Position numbers and translations under genes: made by a program. A stretch of DNA of 56,235 nt from positions 1-56,235 of the forward strand of contig CAIQHM010000049.1 in the NCBI GenBank assembly GCA_903871555.1, in the 5' to 3' direction. Source of the DNA: an uncultured Actinomycetes bacterium (lineage in GTDB: Bacteria; Actinomycetota; Actinomycetes; Nanopelagicales; Nanopelagicaceae). Below are positions 29,696 to 40,082 of the stretch, piece by piece. The notes beneath the pieces are model-generated. The model was given only the letters and a program-made list of their open reading frames with translations, searched no databases and had not been told where the DNA came from. Numbering within the stretch: position 1 is the first letter of the stretch; every line of letters starts with the position of its first letter.

Positions 29696-29862
29696 TGAAT
29701 TCAAAATTCACGATCCTAAATGGCACGCCAAATGCAAAGGAATTAGCTGCACTGGAGAAGGCGCTCCCAACGCCAGTTATCAAAAAGGTTGAATCTGCAA
29801 GTCTTTGGCGTAAATCTCAGATTCGCCAACCGCTGCCGCGTAAGTGGGGGCAAAGTTTCTAA
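29695..29862 (+). CDS. accE: Acyl-CoA carboxylase epsilon subunit (55 aa)
   Basis: Not in the ORF track. Manual translation [24 protein letters not shown]...SLWRKSQIRQPLPRKWGQSF; G-x-P-x-x-x-ELAAL motif; TAATG overlaps at both ends. Confidence 0.8.
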   Translation: MNSKFTILNGTPNAKELAALEKALPTPVIKKVESASLWRKSQIRQPLPRKWGQSF

Positions 29863-30482
29863 TGTCAGATTCTAGATATGTTGTTTTAGCTTCAGCATCA
29901 CCTTCTCGCAAACGCCTCTTGGAATCGAGCGGTATATCGGCTGAAATTATTGTGAGTGGCGTCGATGAAGAAGATCCAAAATTAACTTCGCTAGCCCCAC
30001 GCGAAATGGTTATTGCCCTTGCAATTCTCAAAGCCCACACCATTAAGAACTTGGTTGGCAACGAACATTTGATTATCGGCTGCGATTCAACTTTTGAATT
30101 CAATGGTAAATCTTTTGGAAAACCGATGACTGAAGATGTGGCTATCGCCCGTTGCAAAGAGCTCCGTGGGAATTTTGGCTATTTACATACTGGTCATTGC
30201 ATAATCGACACCAAACAAGGTATTGAAATCAGCGATGTATCAACGTCCAAGGTTTTTTTCGCAGATATGACTGATGACGAAATCGCAGGTTATGTCGCTA
30301 CTGGCGAACCTTTAAATGTTGCTGGTGGTTTTACTCTCGACGGCCTTAGTGCACCTTTTATTTCGCGGATCGAAGGCGACCCATCTGGAATTATTGGACT
30401 CTCTCTTCCATTGCTACGTCGAGCAGTTAATTCACTTGGTCTGAGCTGGAATTCAATAGCAAGTTCGGCGGTAAACGCATGA
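29862..30482 (+). CDS. maf: Maf-family nucleoside triphosphate pyrophosphatase
   Basis: [38 protein letters not shown]; start at ATG 29862. Confidence 0.93.
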   Translation: MSDSRYVVLASASPSRKRLLESSGISAEIIVSGVDEEDPKLTSLAPREMVIALAILKAHTIKNLVGNEHLIIGCDSTFEFNGKSFGKPMTEDVAIARCKELRGNFGYLHTGHCIIDTKQGIEISDVSTSKVFFADMTDDEIAGYVATGEPLNVAGGFTLDGLSAPFISRIEGDPSGIIGLSLPLLRRAVNSLGLSWNSIASSAVNA

Positions 30483-32194
30483 AAGCGGTTCTCATTGCTA
30501 ACCGTGGTGAAATCGCGGTTCGTGTTGCTCGCGCAGCACGTGATCACGGAATTAAATCAATCGCCATCTACTCTGATGAAGATCGCACTTCTCTTCACGT
30601 TGCAACTGCCGACGAGGCTTATGCGCTTCATGGCCTATCCGCAGCTGAAACCTATTTAGATCAAAATAAAATTATTGAGATTGCAAAAAAGTCTGGTGCA
30701 GATGCAGTTCACCCAGGTTATGGCTTTCTCTCCGAGAACGCAGATTTTGCTGATCGCGTTATTGCTGCTGGGCTAATTTGGATTGGTCCGCCACCAAATG
30801 CAATCAGATTGCTTGGCGATAAAGTTTCAGCACGAAAGATTGCTGCTGAAGTTGGCGCGCCACTTGTTGCAGGAACTATTGATCCAGTCGATACCCCGGA
30901 AGAAATTGTGGCCTTTGCAAAGGAACATGGTCTGCCCGTAGCAATTAAAGCGGCGCATGGCGGTGGCGGTCGTGGGCTAAAAGTTGCTCACACGATTGAA
31001 GAAATTCCGGAACTCTTTGCCTCTGCAGTACGCGAAGCAATAACTGGCTTTGGTCGCGGTGAATGTTTCGTAGAACGTTATTTAGATAAACCCCGGCATG
31101 TGGAAACTCAAGTTTTAATTGATGCCAAAGGAAATGCAATTGTTGTAAGCACGCGCGATTGTTCGTTGCAACGTCGCCACCAAAAATTAGTTGAAGAGGC
31201 CCCAGCCCCATTCTTAACGCAAGCACAAATTGATCAGCTTTATTCATCAAGTAAAGCAATCATGAAAAAGGCCGGATATGTTGGCGCTGGAACTTGCGAA
31301 TTCTTAATTGGATCCGATGGCACTATTTCATTCTTAGAAGTAAACACCAGGCTTCAAGTAGAACACCCGGTCAGCGAAGAAGTTACGGGTCTCGACCTTG
31401 TTCGTGAACAATTTAGAATTGCTGACGGGCAAAGTATTAATCCAGTGGACCCAGTAATCCGTGGCCACAGTATTGAATTTAGAATTAACGGCGAAGATCC
31501 TGGAAAGGGCTTCCTTCCATCACTTGGAACTATTACAAAGTGGGAAGTTCCATCTGGGCCAGGGGTTCGCATTGATGCCGGTTTCGACCATGGGCACACC
31601 ATTGGTTCACACTTTGACTCCCTGCTAGCAAAATTAATTGTTACGGCTGCGACTCGTGAAGAGGCTATCGAAAGAGCCCGTCGGGCACTTCGAGAATTTG
31701 ATATTGGTGGTCTGGCAACTGCACTGCCATTTCATCGCGCAATTGTTGATGATCCAAATTTCATCAAAGACTTCAAGGTATACACCAGCTATATTGAAAA
31801 TGAATTTGACAACCAAATTCCTCCGTTTTCCTTTAAGCAAGGAACCGCGGATTCAAAGGCAGCATCACAAAAAATTATTGCTGAAGTTGACGGGCATCGA
31901 TTTGAAGTACTTCTGCATACCCCTGAACCAATTCAAAAACGACATCGCGTTAAGAGCAATGCAATCACAGCCCTTGCGGGAGATTCGCTAGAAAGCCCAA
32001 TGCAAGGAACGGTCGTTAAAGTAGTAAAAGGAAATGGCGATCGGGTCGAAGTTGGCGATTTGATTGTCGTTCTTGAAGCTATGAAAATGGAGCAGCCACT
32101 GATTGCTCATAAGGCCGGAACCATTTCTAAGTTGCATGTAAATGTTGGTCAAACCGTTGCAAGTGGTGCGACCTTATGTCTCATCGAGGACTAA
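30479..32194 (+). CDS. Acyl-CoA carboxylase alpha subunit (biotin carboxylase + BCCP, AccA3/BccA type)
   Basis: [50 protein letters not shown] biotinylation site. Confidence 0.96.
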   Translation: MKAVLIANRGEIAVRVARAARDHGIKSIAIYSDEDRTSLHVATADEAYALHGLSAAETYLDQNKIIEIAKKSGADAVHPGYGFLSENADFADRVIAAGLIWIGPPPNAIRLLGDKVSARKIAAEVGAPLVAGTIDPVDTPEEIVAFAKEHGLPVAIKAAHGGGGRGLKVAHTIEEIPELFASAVREAITGFGRGECFVERYLDKPRHVETQVLIDAKGNAIVVSTRDCSLQRRHQKLVEEAPAPFLTQAQIDQLYSSSKAIMKKAGYVGAGTCEFLIGSDGTISFLEVNTRLQVEHPVSEEVTGLDLVREQFRIADGQSINPVDPVIRGHSIEFRINGEDPGKGFLPSLGTITKWEVPSGPGVRIDAGFDHGHTIGSHFDSLLAKLIVTAATREEAIERARRALREFDIGGLATALPFHRAIVDDPNFIKDFKVYTSYIENEFDNQIPPFSFKQGTADSKAASQKIIAEVDGHRFEVLLHTPEPIQKRHRVKSNAITALAGDSLESPMQGTVVKVVKGNGDRVEVGDLIVVLEAMKMEQPLIAHKAGTISKLHVNVGQTVASGATLCLIED

Positions 32195-32217
32195 CCCGTA
32201 AGTGCTAGATTTAAGGC

Positions 32218-33165
32218 GTGAATTCAACGCTACTCGCAGATAACAGCGAAGCCTCGCTTAAGAAATTCCTGAAAACTCTGCCCACTGTGGATGCGGTTGG
32301 CGCAAATGCGCGCGTTGAAATGCTGGCAACTCGCAGCATCAAAACTTCAAGTAAAAATTGGGCTATTGATCTAGCAATTCGAATGGTTGATCTAACAACT
32401 TTAGAAGGTGCAGATACACCTGGAAAAGTTAAAGCTCTCTGCGCAAAAGCGGTTTACCCCGATCCAACAGATTTAACGGTTCCATCCGTTGGTGCCATCT
32501 GCGTTTACAACGATATGGTGAAAATTGCGCGCGATGCTCTTGATAATGGCGGCGGAAAACATATTCCGGTTGCGGCAGTAACAACAGCATTCCCATCTGG
32601 GCGCGCGAGCATGGAAGTTAAAATTCAAGATACTAAAGATGCAATCGCTAATGGCGCTAGTGAGATAGATATGGTTATCGATCGTGGCGCATTCTTAGCC
32701 GGAAATCTTGGTTTAGTTTTTGATGAAATTAAGTTAATTAAAGAAGTTTGTGGCAACGACGTACATCTTAAAGTTATTCTTGAAACTGGCGAGCTCGTAA
32801 CTCTCGACAATGTTAGGAAGGCCTCATATCTTGCAATGTTGGCTGGCGCTGATTTTATTAAAACCAGCACTGGAAAAATTGCACCTGCCGCTACTGCTCC
32901 CGTTGTTTACGTCATGCTTGAAGCAGTTAGAGATTTCTACAAAATGACTGGCACCCGAATTGGAGTTAAACCTGCTGGCGGTATCAGAAATACAAAGGAT
33001 GCAATCAAACAACTAGTTTTAGTAAATGAAATCGCCGGCCCGCAATGGCTTGATCCATCGCTATTTCGAATCGGCGCAAGTGCTCTACTAAATGATTTGC
33101 TCATGCAGCGCATGAAGATGCGCGATGGGTATTACGCTAGCCCTAATTACGTGACGCTTGATTGA
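32218..33165 (+). CDS. deoC: Deoxyribose-phosphate aldolase
   Basis: DLTTLEGADT, FPSG, EIDMVI, LKVILETGEL, ADFIKTSTGK, KPAGGIR, FRIGAS. Confidence 0.95.
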   Translation: MNSTLLADNSEASLKKFLKTLPTVDAVGANARVEMLATRSIKTSSKNWAIDLAIRMVDLTTLEGADTPGKVKALCAKAVYPDPTDLTVPSVGAICVYNDMVKIARDALDNGGGKHIPVAAVTTAFPSGRASMEVKIQDTKDAIANGASEIDMVIDRGAFLAGNLGLVFDEIKLIKEVCGNDVHLKVILETGELVTLDNVRKASYLAMLAGADFIKTSTGKIAPAATAPVVYVMLEAVRDFYKMTGTRIGVKPAGGIRNTKDAIKQLVLVNEIAGPQWLDPSLFRIGASALLNDLLMQRMKMRDGYYASPNYVTLD

Positions 33166-33171
33166 TAAGAA

Positions 33172-34623
33172 ATGAGTAACGTGAATAAGTTCGAATATGC
33201 CCCAGCCCCTGAATCTGCTGCGCTTGTAAACATCAAGAGTGAATATGGGCTATTCATAAATGGAAAATTTGTTGCCCCAAAATCTGGCAAGACGTTCACG
33301 ACAATCAATCCGGCCACTGAAGAAATCTTGGCAAGAGTTGCATATGCTGAACTTGCTGATGTAAATCTTGCTGTAACAGCGGCTAGAAACGCCTTCACTA
33401 AAACTTGGTCGAAGATGCCAGCAGCAGAGCGTGGAAAATACCTTTATAGGATCGCTCGCATCTTGCAAGAGCGAAGCCGCGAATTTGCAGTACTCGAAAC
33501 TTTAGATAATGGAAAACCAATCCGCGAGACTAGAGATACTGATATTCCACTAGCTGCTGCCCATTTCTTCTATCACGCAGGTTGGGCCGACAAACTTTCT
33601 TATGCTGGCCATGGTTCAAATCCAAAACCCTATGGTGTTGCCGCTCAAATAATTCCATGGAACTTTCCGATGCTTATGTTGGCTTGGAAAATTGCGCCCG
33701 CACTTGCAACTGGAAATACCGTTGTTTTAAAACCTGCAGAGACGACGCCACTGACGGCGCTTTTATTTGCAGAAGTTTGCCAACAGGCCGGCCTACCAGC
33801 TGGAGTTGTAAATATTATTACTGGCGATGGTGCAACTGGATCGCATTTAGTCAATCATCCTGGCGTAGATAAAGTTGCTTTTACTGGATCTACTGGCGTC
33901 GGTAAAGCAATTGCAAAGGCGATTGCCGGAACCAAGAAGAGTGCAACGCTAGAACTTGGCGGCAAGGGTGCGAATATTGTCTTTGAAGATGCACCGATTG
34001 ATGAAGCCGTTGAAGGAATCGTAAATGGAATTTTCTTTAATCAAGGGCATGTCTGTTGTGCTGGTTCAAGGTTATTACTGCAAGAGAATATTCAAGATGA
34101 ACTCTTAGAGAAGCTAAAAAATAGAATGAATTTAATTCGAATTGGCAATCCAATGGATAAGAACACAGATCTAGGTGCCATCAATAGCGCGGCGCAACTA
34201 AGTCGGATTACAGATCTTGCTGACACTGGTGATATCGAAGGCGCGATTCGCTGGTCTCCTAATTGCACACTTCCAACAAAGGGCTTCTGGTATCCCCCAA
34301 CAATATTTACTGGTGTTTCGCAATCTCACAGAATTGAGCGTGAGGAAATATTCGGTCCGGTGCTTTCAGTTCTAACTTTCCGGACGCCACAAGAGGCAAT
34401 TGATAAGGCAAATAACACGCCTTATGGTTTATCAGCAGGTATCTGGACAGATAAAGGTTCGCGGATTCTTTGGACTGCAAAGCGCCTTCGCGCCGGAGTT
34501 ATCTGGGCAAATACCTTTAATAAATTTGATCCAGCAAGTCCATTTGGTGGTTACAAAGAATCTGGTTGGGGCCGTGAAGGCGGACGACATGGTCTATCTG
34601 GTTACTTGAAGGGTCAATACTAA
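33172..34623 (+). CDS. Aldehyde dehydrogenase (catalytic)
   Basis: PWNFP, KPAE, FTGST, LELGGK, FNQGHVCCAGSR, EEIFGPV, PFGGYKESG. Confidence 0.95.
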   Translation: MSNVNKFEYAPAPESAALVNIKSEYGLFINGKFVAPKSGKTFTTINPATEEILARVAYAELADVNLAVTAARNAFTKTWSKMPAAERGKYLYRIARILQERSREFAVLETLDNGKPIRETRDTDIPLAAAHFFYHAGWADKLSYAGHGSNPKPYGVAAQIIPWNFPMLMLAWKIAPALATGNTVVLKPAETTPLTALLFAEVCQQAGLPAGVVNIITGDGATGSHLVNHPGVDKVAFTGSTGVGKAIAKAIAGTKKSATLELGGKGANIVFEDAPIDEAVEGIVNGIFFNQGHVCCAGSRLLLQENIQDELLEKLKNRMNLIRIGNPMDKNTDLGAINSAAQLSRITDLADTGDIEGAIRWSPNCTLPTKGFWYPPTIFTGVSQSHRIEREEIFGPVLSVLTFRTPQEAIDKANNTPYGLSAGIWTDKGSRILWTAKRLRAGVIWANTFNKFDPASPFGGYKESGWGREGGRHGLSGYLKGQY

Positions 34624-34624
34624 A

Positions 34625-35464
34625 ATGCGTATCGATGTAATGAAGACTTATAAATTATTTATTAACGGCAACTTTCCACGTAGCGAATCTGGCCGGGTAT
34701 ATGAGATCAAGGATGCAAAAGGTAAGTTCCTGGCTAATCCTTGCCTTGGTTCGAGAAAAGATTTACGTGAATCTGTTGTGGCTGCAAGAACTGCACACCA
34801 TGGTTGGTCTAGTGCAACAGCATTTAATCGGGGCCAAATTCTTTATCGCGTTGCAGAGATTATGCAGGGTCGAATCGATCAGTTCATTGCCGAAATCGTG
34901 GCTCAAGAAGGCACAACTCCTGCATCTGCTAAGTCGCAAGTACAGAGCGCTATCGACACCTGGGTTTGGTATGCCGGATGGTGCGACAAAATTGATTCAA
35001 TTTCTGGTTCTACAAATCCAGTTTCTGGTCCGTATTACAACTTCTCCATTCCTGAAAGTCTTGGAGTAGTTGCAATTTTTGCCGATGCTAAGCCTTCGCT
35101 ACTGAACTTAGTAGCAAGTTTGGCGCCGGTAATTGCAAGTGGAAATACTGCAATCTTGATTGCGAATGAGAAGTATCCATTGTGTGCAATAACTTTGGCT
35201 GAATGCATTGAAACTAGTGATGTCCCTGCAGGCGTTGTAAATATTCTTACTGGCAAGCTAGATCAATTCTTAACTTGGGCTGGTTCTCATATGGATATTG
35301 ATGGAATAGATGCAACTGGGGTAAGTAATAAAGAGTTGACCGAACTTAAAGAGCTAGGCGCCGAGAATTTGAAGCGAATCTATTCATTTAGCGAACTTCA
35401 ATCGACAAAGCGAATGACAAACTTTATGGAAGTAAAAACGGTTTGGCATCCAATCGGAATCTAA
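34625..35464 (+). CDS. Short ALDH-family protein (Rossmann-type part only, no catalytic Cys/Glu motifs)
   Basis: KTYKLFINGNFPRSESGR, NRGQILYRVAE, YAGWCDK, SDVPAGVVNILTG, EVKTVWHP; no ELGG or FxxxGQxC motif. Confidence 0.88.
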   Translation: MRIDVMKTYKLFINGNFPRSESGRVYEIKDAKGKFLANPCLGSRKDLRESVVAARTAHHGWSSATAFNRGQILYRVAEIMQGRIDQFIAEIVAQEGTTPASAKSQVQSAIDTWVWYAGWCDKIDSISGSTNPVSGPYYNFSIPESLGVVAIFADAKPSLLNLVASLAPVIASGNTAILIANEKYPLCAITLAECIETSDVPAGVVNILTGKLDQFLTWAGSHMDIDGIDATGVSNKELTELKELGAENLKRIYSFSELQSTKRMTNFMEVKTVWHPIGI

Positions 35465-35467
35465 AGG

Positions 35468-36472
35468 TTACTTAACTACCTTTACCTTCTTGGCAATAAT
35501 CGCAGCTTTGGCTTGCGCAACTGCAGTTTTTGAAGCCTGATTCGCCGTTGTTGAAATCAAATCAATTCCCTTATTTGCGAGGCTATAACTTCGACCAAAG
35601 ACGCCATTCTTAACATCAACTTCTTCAGTAATTGTGTTTCCAACAACTGCGGCGCTGAATAGATCAAAAACAGCGCTGTCGTAGCGTTTGTTCACATAAC
35701 CAATCAAGTATTTTTGTGCCTCTTTTGTAGTGAGAAAATATTGATCTGGCCGGATACCTATTAACTTAACTAACTTCTTTGATTTAGCTAATTTAGAGAG
35801 CGAAGTTATAACGCTTCCGTTTCTGGACCAAGTGGCGAAAACTACATCCACTCCTTGCTTAGATAGCGCTGAAAGGTCAGGCTCCGCATTTGTATCAGCA
35901 TTGCGGGTGAATACTTTTACTTTCCCCGATGCATATTTAACTCCAGCTTGAAAATTGCGTGTAACCAAATCATTGCTTGAAATTGCGCTGTCCCCTAAGT
36001 ACCCGACTTTGCCGCTCTTAGAATTCAGCGCAGCCATTACTCCAGCCAAGAATGAAGTCTGGTCAACCGAAAATGCCATACAGCTAACATTCAACGCCTC
36101 GACTCCTGAACTGCCAACAATTGCGAATTGAGTTTCTGGATATTTCTCTGACATAAATGTCATTGCCGCATTGAAATCGGATCCAATACCGATAACCAGG
36201 TCATATTTAGCTTTTACTAAGAATTCGATTCGATTCTCGCGATCGAAGTCGATCCCAGTAGTTACTAATTCTCGAACATCGAAATCTGACAATCCAAGTT
36301 TCTTTTTTGCGTAATCAACACCTAAAGCAGCTGCATCGTCGTATGACTTATCACCACGGCCACCAACATCATAAACAATCCCAATTTTTACCTTAGCAGC
36401 GGCATGAACCGGAGCCGCAGTAAGTGGAAATAGCGCAATAAGTGCAGCAAAAACCAGAAGGCGTTTAGCCAC
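35468..36472 (-). CDS. BMP/PnrA-family (nucleoside) ABC substrate-binding protein
   Basis: [43 protein letters not shown]; signal peptide. Confidence 0.85.
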   Translation of the reverse strand: MAKRLLVFAALIALFPLTAAPVHAAAKVKIGIVYDVGGRGDKSYDDAAALGVDYAKKKLGLSDFDVRELVTTGIDFDRENRIEFLVKAKYDLVIGIGSDFNAAMTFMSEKYPETQFAIVGSSGVEALNVSCMAFSVDQTSFLAGVMAALNSKSGKVGYLGDSAISSNDLVTRNFQAGVKYASGKVKVFTRNADTNAEPDLSALSKQGVDVVFATWSRNGSVITSLSKLAKSKKLVKLIGIRPDQYFLTTKEAQKYLIGYVNKRYDSAVFDLFSAAVVGNTITEEVDVKNGVFGRSYSLANKGIDLISTTANQASKTAVAQAKAAIIAKKVKVVK

Positions 36473-37478
36473 GAGAGATTAGTCCTAGGGCGTCGTAAGT
36501 ATCTTTAAGCGTCTTAGATGCAACAGCATCTGCTTTTTCGGCGCCGATTTTTAGAAGCTTATTTAAGTGCGCTTCATCTTTCAGTAGTTCATTAGCCTTA
36601 TCTCTGACTGGTTTCAAATAATCAACGACTACTTCTGCAACAGCGCCTTTAAAATCACCATAACCTTTACCGGCGAAGTCGTTTTGTGCAGCATCAATGT
36701 TCTTACCTGTCAGTGCGCTATAGATAGTAAGTAAATTTGATATTCCAGGCTTCTCTTTCTCATCAAAAACGACATCTCGCCCAGTATCTGTAACTGCGCT
36801 CTTTATCTTTTTAGTATTAATCTCCGGCGCATCCATAAGTTCAATAACACCAGCACCAGATGAACTTGATTTACTCATCTTTGCTGTTGGCTCTTGCAGG
36901 TCATTAATTTTTGCTCCTGCTTTTAAAATATAGCCCTCTGGAATCGTAAAAGTTTGACCATATTTAGAATTAAAGCGCTGACCAAGATCTCTTGTTAATT
37001 CAATATGTTGGCGTTGATCTTCACCGACCGGAACTTTATTCGCTTGGTAAAGCAAGATGTCGGCGGCTTGAAGAATTGGATAAGTAAATAGCCCAACAAC
37101 AGTGCGATCAGATCCAGCCTTTTGAGACTTATCTTTGAATTGAGTCATACGACTTGCTTCGCCGAAACCGGTGAGACACTCTAAAACCCAGGCTAATTGA
37201 TTATGTGCAGGAACATGAGATTGTACAAATAGCGTGCATTTTTCTGGATCAAGTCCTAGTGCAATCAATTGAGCAACTGATGACAAGGTGCGACGTCTGA
37301 AATCTTCGGGCTTGGTCTCAACAGTTAAGGCGTGAAGATCAACAACGCAATAAAAAGCATCATTTGAATTCTGTAGATCAACCCACTGCTTTATTGCACC
37401 TAAATAATTACCAAGGTGAAAAGATTCGTGGGTTGGTTGAATACCCGAAAGTACTCGCTCTTTAACGCTGTTACTCAT
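36465..37478 (-). CDS. trpS: Tryptophan--tRNA ligase
   Basis: [38 protein letters not shown]; start probably ATG 37478. Confidence 0.97.
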   Translation of the reverse strand: MSNSVKERVLSGIQPTHESFHLGNYLGAIKQWVDLQNSNDAFYCVVDLHALTVETKPEDFRRRTLSSVAQLIALGLDPEKCTLFVQSHVPAHNQLAWVLECLTGFGEASRMTQFKDKSQKAGSDRTVVGLFTYPILQAADILLYQANKVPVGEDQRQHIELTRDLGQRFNSKYGQTFTIPEGYILKAGAKINDLQEPTAKMSKSSSSGAGVIELMDAPEINTKKIKSAVTDTGRDVVFDEKEKPGISNLLTIYSALTGKNIDAAQNDFAGKGYGDFKGAVAEVVVDYLKPVRDKANELLKDEAHLNKLLKIGAEKADAVASKTLKDTYDALGLISRG

Positions 37479-38778
37479 GAGGGGTATCTTTCCATTCATC
37501 GCTTGAGATCAATAATTGACCTGCCCGTTTTCCTTCTAAAGTTAAAACGGTGATTCGTGCCTTACTCAAAATTATTACATCGTGGACCTCTGGAATACGC
37601 CCTAAATGGTGCATTACAAAGCCGCCAGCTGTTTCATATGGCCCCTCAGGGATAACGATTCCAGTCTGATCATATAAATCTTCAAGTGAAATTAATCCAT
37701 CAACTTCATAATCACCTGTTCTGGCTTGTGGCGTTACTTCAACATCTTCAGAGTCATATTCATCTTGAATATCACCAATTAAACATTCAACTAAATCTTC
37801 CAAAGTTACGATGCCATCGGTTCCACCATACTCATCAAGAACAATAGCGATGTGACTTCTCTTTGCTCGCATTTCAGCAAGTGCCGGCAGTACGCCCTTT
37901 GTGCCTGGCAAGTTAAGAACTGGGCGGATTAAATCAAGGATTGTTTCGCCTGCCGAAGAATTAACTTTTGGATTAAGTAAGTCGCGAACATGAAGGAATC
38001 CAATTACTTCATCTGTGCTGCCACGAGTAACCGGATATCTGGAATGAGAGTGTTCAATTGCAACTGCTATTGCATCACTAATCGTTAATCCAACATCCAT
38101 GAAATCTACTTCGGTTCTTGGGACCATAATTTCATGAAGTTGTAGATCGCCAGCCGCGAAAACTTCTTCAACAATTTCGCGCTCCTCTTCGCTCAGCGAG
38201 GTATGTCCGGAAACTAAATCAACCAATTCAGCTTCAGAAATTTCACTTCTAATTTCTTTTGAATTTAGTCCAAAGAGTTTCACGACAGCATCTGTGGACT
38301 TTGACAATAACCAAATTACTGGGCGAAATACTTTCGCCATAAAATCAATTGTTGGAGCTGCAGCGAGCGCAATTATTTCGGTTCGATATAGGGCAAGTCG
38401 TTTTGGAACTAGTTCCCCAAATACAAGAGAGATATAGGCAATCACGATTGTGATTGAAATTAAGGCAAGTGTTTCACTTACGCTCTTTGACATTCCCCAA
38501 TCTTCAAAGACTGGTGAGACATATTTGCCAAGTCGCTCAGAACCAAGTGCTGCCGATAGGAAACCAAGAAAGGTAATTCCGACTTGGGCCGCGGCTAAGA
38601 AACGATTCGGATTTTTTGCCAGTGCAACTACGCGATCGCCGCGCTTGCCGGTTCCCTCGAGCTGGCGGATCTGTGAATCTCGTAGTGAGATTAAAGCGAT
38701 CTCTGCCGCCACAAATAGTCCTGCGACCGATATAAATAGGAGCACAAGGCCGATATCGCGGAGGATATGAATGGTCAC
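37471..38778 (-). CDS. Hemolysin-family CNNM/CorC protein (DUF21 + CBS + CorC domains)
   Basis: [44 protein letters not shown]. Confidence 0.93.
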   Translation of the reverse strand: MTIHILRDIGLVLLFISVAGLFVAAEIALISLRDSQIRQLEGTGKRGDRVVALAKNPNRFLAAAQVGITFLGFLSAALGSERLGKYVSPVFEDWGMSKSVSETLALISITIVIAYISLVFGELVPKRLALYRTEIIALAAAPTIDFMAKVFRPVIWLLSKSTDAVVKLFGLNSKEIRSEISEAELVDLVSGHTSLSEEEREIVEEVFAAGDLQLHEIMVPRTEVDFMDVGLTISDAIAVAIEHSHSRYPVTRGSTDEVIGFLHVRDLLNPKVNSSAGETILDLIRPVLNLPGTKGVLPALAEMRAKRSHIAIVLDEYGGTDGIVTLEDLVECLIGDIQDEYDSEDVEVTPQARTGDYEVDGLISLEDLYDQTGIVIPEGPYETAGGFVMHHLGRIPEVHDVIILSKARITVLTLEGKRAGQLLISSDEWKDTPHE

Positions 38779-38860
38779 AGGCGTAAGGGTAACTTCTTTA
38801 ACACTGCCCCTGTCGCTAAATGGGTGGCGCTCAACGCTCCAGACGCGTAACCTATGGCCA

Positions 38861-38930
38861 CGCTCAACCGAGCGGGATCAAACCTTTATCCAAAGGATCG
38901 TCGGGCACGTACCTGCCCGGAAAAGGAGCA
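38861..38930 (+). ncRNA. msiK RNA motif (structured 5' leader)
   Basis: Hairpins CGCTC-aacc-GAGCG, CCTTT-atcc-AAAGG and CGGGCA-CGTACC-TGCCCG immediately before the SD AAGGAG of msiK; TAACCT -10 at 38848-38853. Confidence 0.75.
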
Positions 38931-38938
38931 GTAAAAAG

Positions 38939-40024
38939 ATGGCATCAGTCGTATTTGAAAACGCATCTCGCGTTTATCCAGGCACCACCAAGCCTGCAGT
39001 AGATAAATTAAGTCTAACTATCAATGATGGTGAATTCCTTGTTCTAGTTGGACCATCAGGTTGCGGAAAATCAACATCACTTCGCATGCTTGCTGGCCTA
39101 GAAGAAGTTGATACTGGTTCAATCCGCATTGGCGATAAAGATGTAACTCACGTTGCACCTAAAGATCGCGACATTGCAATGGTGTTCCAGTCATATGCGC
39201 TCTACCCACATATGTCCGTAGCCGAAAATATGGGCTTCGCGCTAAAGATTGCTGGCGTAGATAAAGCAGAACGTGATCGTCGCGTTAAGGAAGCAGCAAA
39301 GCTTCTAGACCTTGAAGATTATTTAGATCGTAAGCCAAAGGCACTTTCTGGCGGACAACGTCAGCGTGTTGCTATGGGTCGCGCAATTGTTCGCGAACCA
39401 CAAGTGTTCTTGATGGATGAACCACTTTCAAACTTGGATGCAAAGCTTCGTGTTGCAACTCGTACTCAGATTGCTGCGCTACAACGTCGTCTTGGAATCA
39501 CAACTGTTTATGTGACTCACGATCAAGTTGAAGCTATGACAATGGGAGATCGCGTAGCAGTTCTAAAAGATGGCTTGCTACAACAAGTTGATACACCTCG
39601 CAATCTTTATGATCGCCCAGCGAATGCATTCGTAGCTGGATTTATTGGTTCACCTGCAATGAACTTGCTGACCGTTCCAGTTTCAGGTGGCAAGGCTCAG
39701 CTCGGTGGCTTTAGCGTTGACGTTCCAGCAAGCGCTGGCTCAGTCGTAACAGTTGGAGTTCGTCCAGAAGGTTTCGTTCCTGCAACTTCTGGTGGCTTCG
39801 ATGTTCTAGTTGAAGTTGTTGAAGAACTTGGATCTGATGCATTCATCTACGGTAAGCCAGTAGATAAGAGCATTAAGTTCGCACAAGAAACCGATGAAGG
39901 CGCACAAGTAATTGTTCGTTGGGATCCAAAGAATCCACCAAAGCCAGGTGCAACAATCTCAGTTAATGCAATTCCAACTGCGGTTCACCTATTTGATGCT
40001 GTTTCAGGTGCTCGTATTAACTAA
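38939..40024 (+). CDS. msiK: Multiple-sugar ABC transporter ATP-binding protein
   Basis: GPSGCGKS, VFQSYALYPH, LSGGQRQRVAMGRA, DEPLSNLDAKLR, FIGSPAMN; start MASVVF at 38939 after AAGGAG. Confidence 0.93.
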   Translation: MASVVFENASRVYPGTTKPAVDKLSLTINDGEFLVLVGPSGCGKSTSLRMLAGLEEVDTGSIRIGDKDVTHVAPKDRDIAMVFQSYALYPHMSVAENMGFALKIAGVDKAERDRRVKEAAKLLDLEDYLDRKPKALSGGQRQRVAMGRAIVREPQVFLMDEPLSNLDAKLRVATRTQIAALQRRLGITTVYVTHDQVEAMTMGDRVAVLKDGLLQQVDTPRNLYDRPANAFVAGFIGSPAMNLLTVPVSGGKAQLGGFSVDVPASAGSVVTVGVRPEGFVPATSGGFDVLVEVVEELGSDAFIYGKPVDKSIKFAQETDEGAQVIVRWDPKNPPKPGATISVNAIPTAVHLFDAVSGARIN

Positions 40025-40030
40025 GTAGTT

Positions 40031-40076
40031 ATTAAAAAGCCCCGCTACCAAAATCTGGTGCGGGGCTTTTTTAATT
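40031..40076. terminator. Bidirectional intrinsic terminator between msiK and icd
   Basis: AAAAAGCCCCGC...GCGGGGCTTTTTT; GC-rich stem flanked by A and T tracts. Confidence 0.9.
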
Positions 40077-40082
40077 TCTTAC

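Noticed and set aside
29780-30157. 125-aa minus-strand ORF
   Set aside because: Antisense to accE and maf
37471-38778. Hemolysin as a virulence factor
   Set aside because: DUF21-CBS-CorC proteins are housekeeping Mg2+/metal homeostasis proteins; the name is historical
38771-38938. 56-aa N-terminal extension of MsiK in the ORF track
   Set aside because: It covers the promoter and RNA leader; the SD and homology point to ATG 38939. Similar over-long starts were trimmed for GT2, SpoIID, guaA, trpS, EamA, purE and maf.
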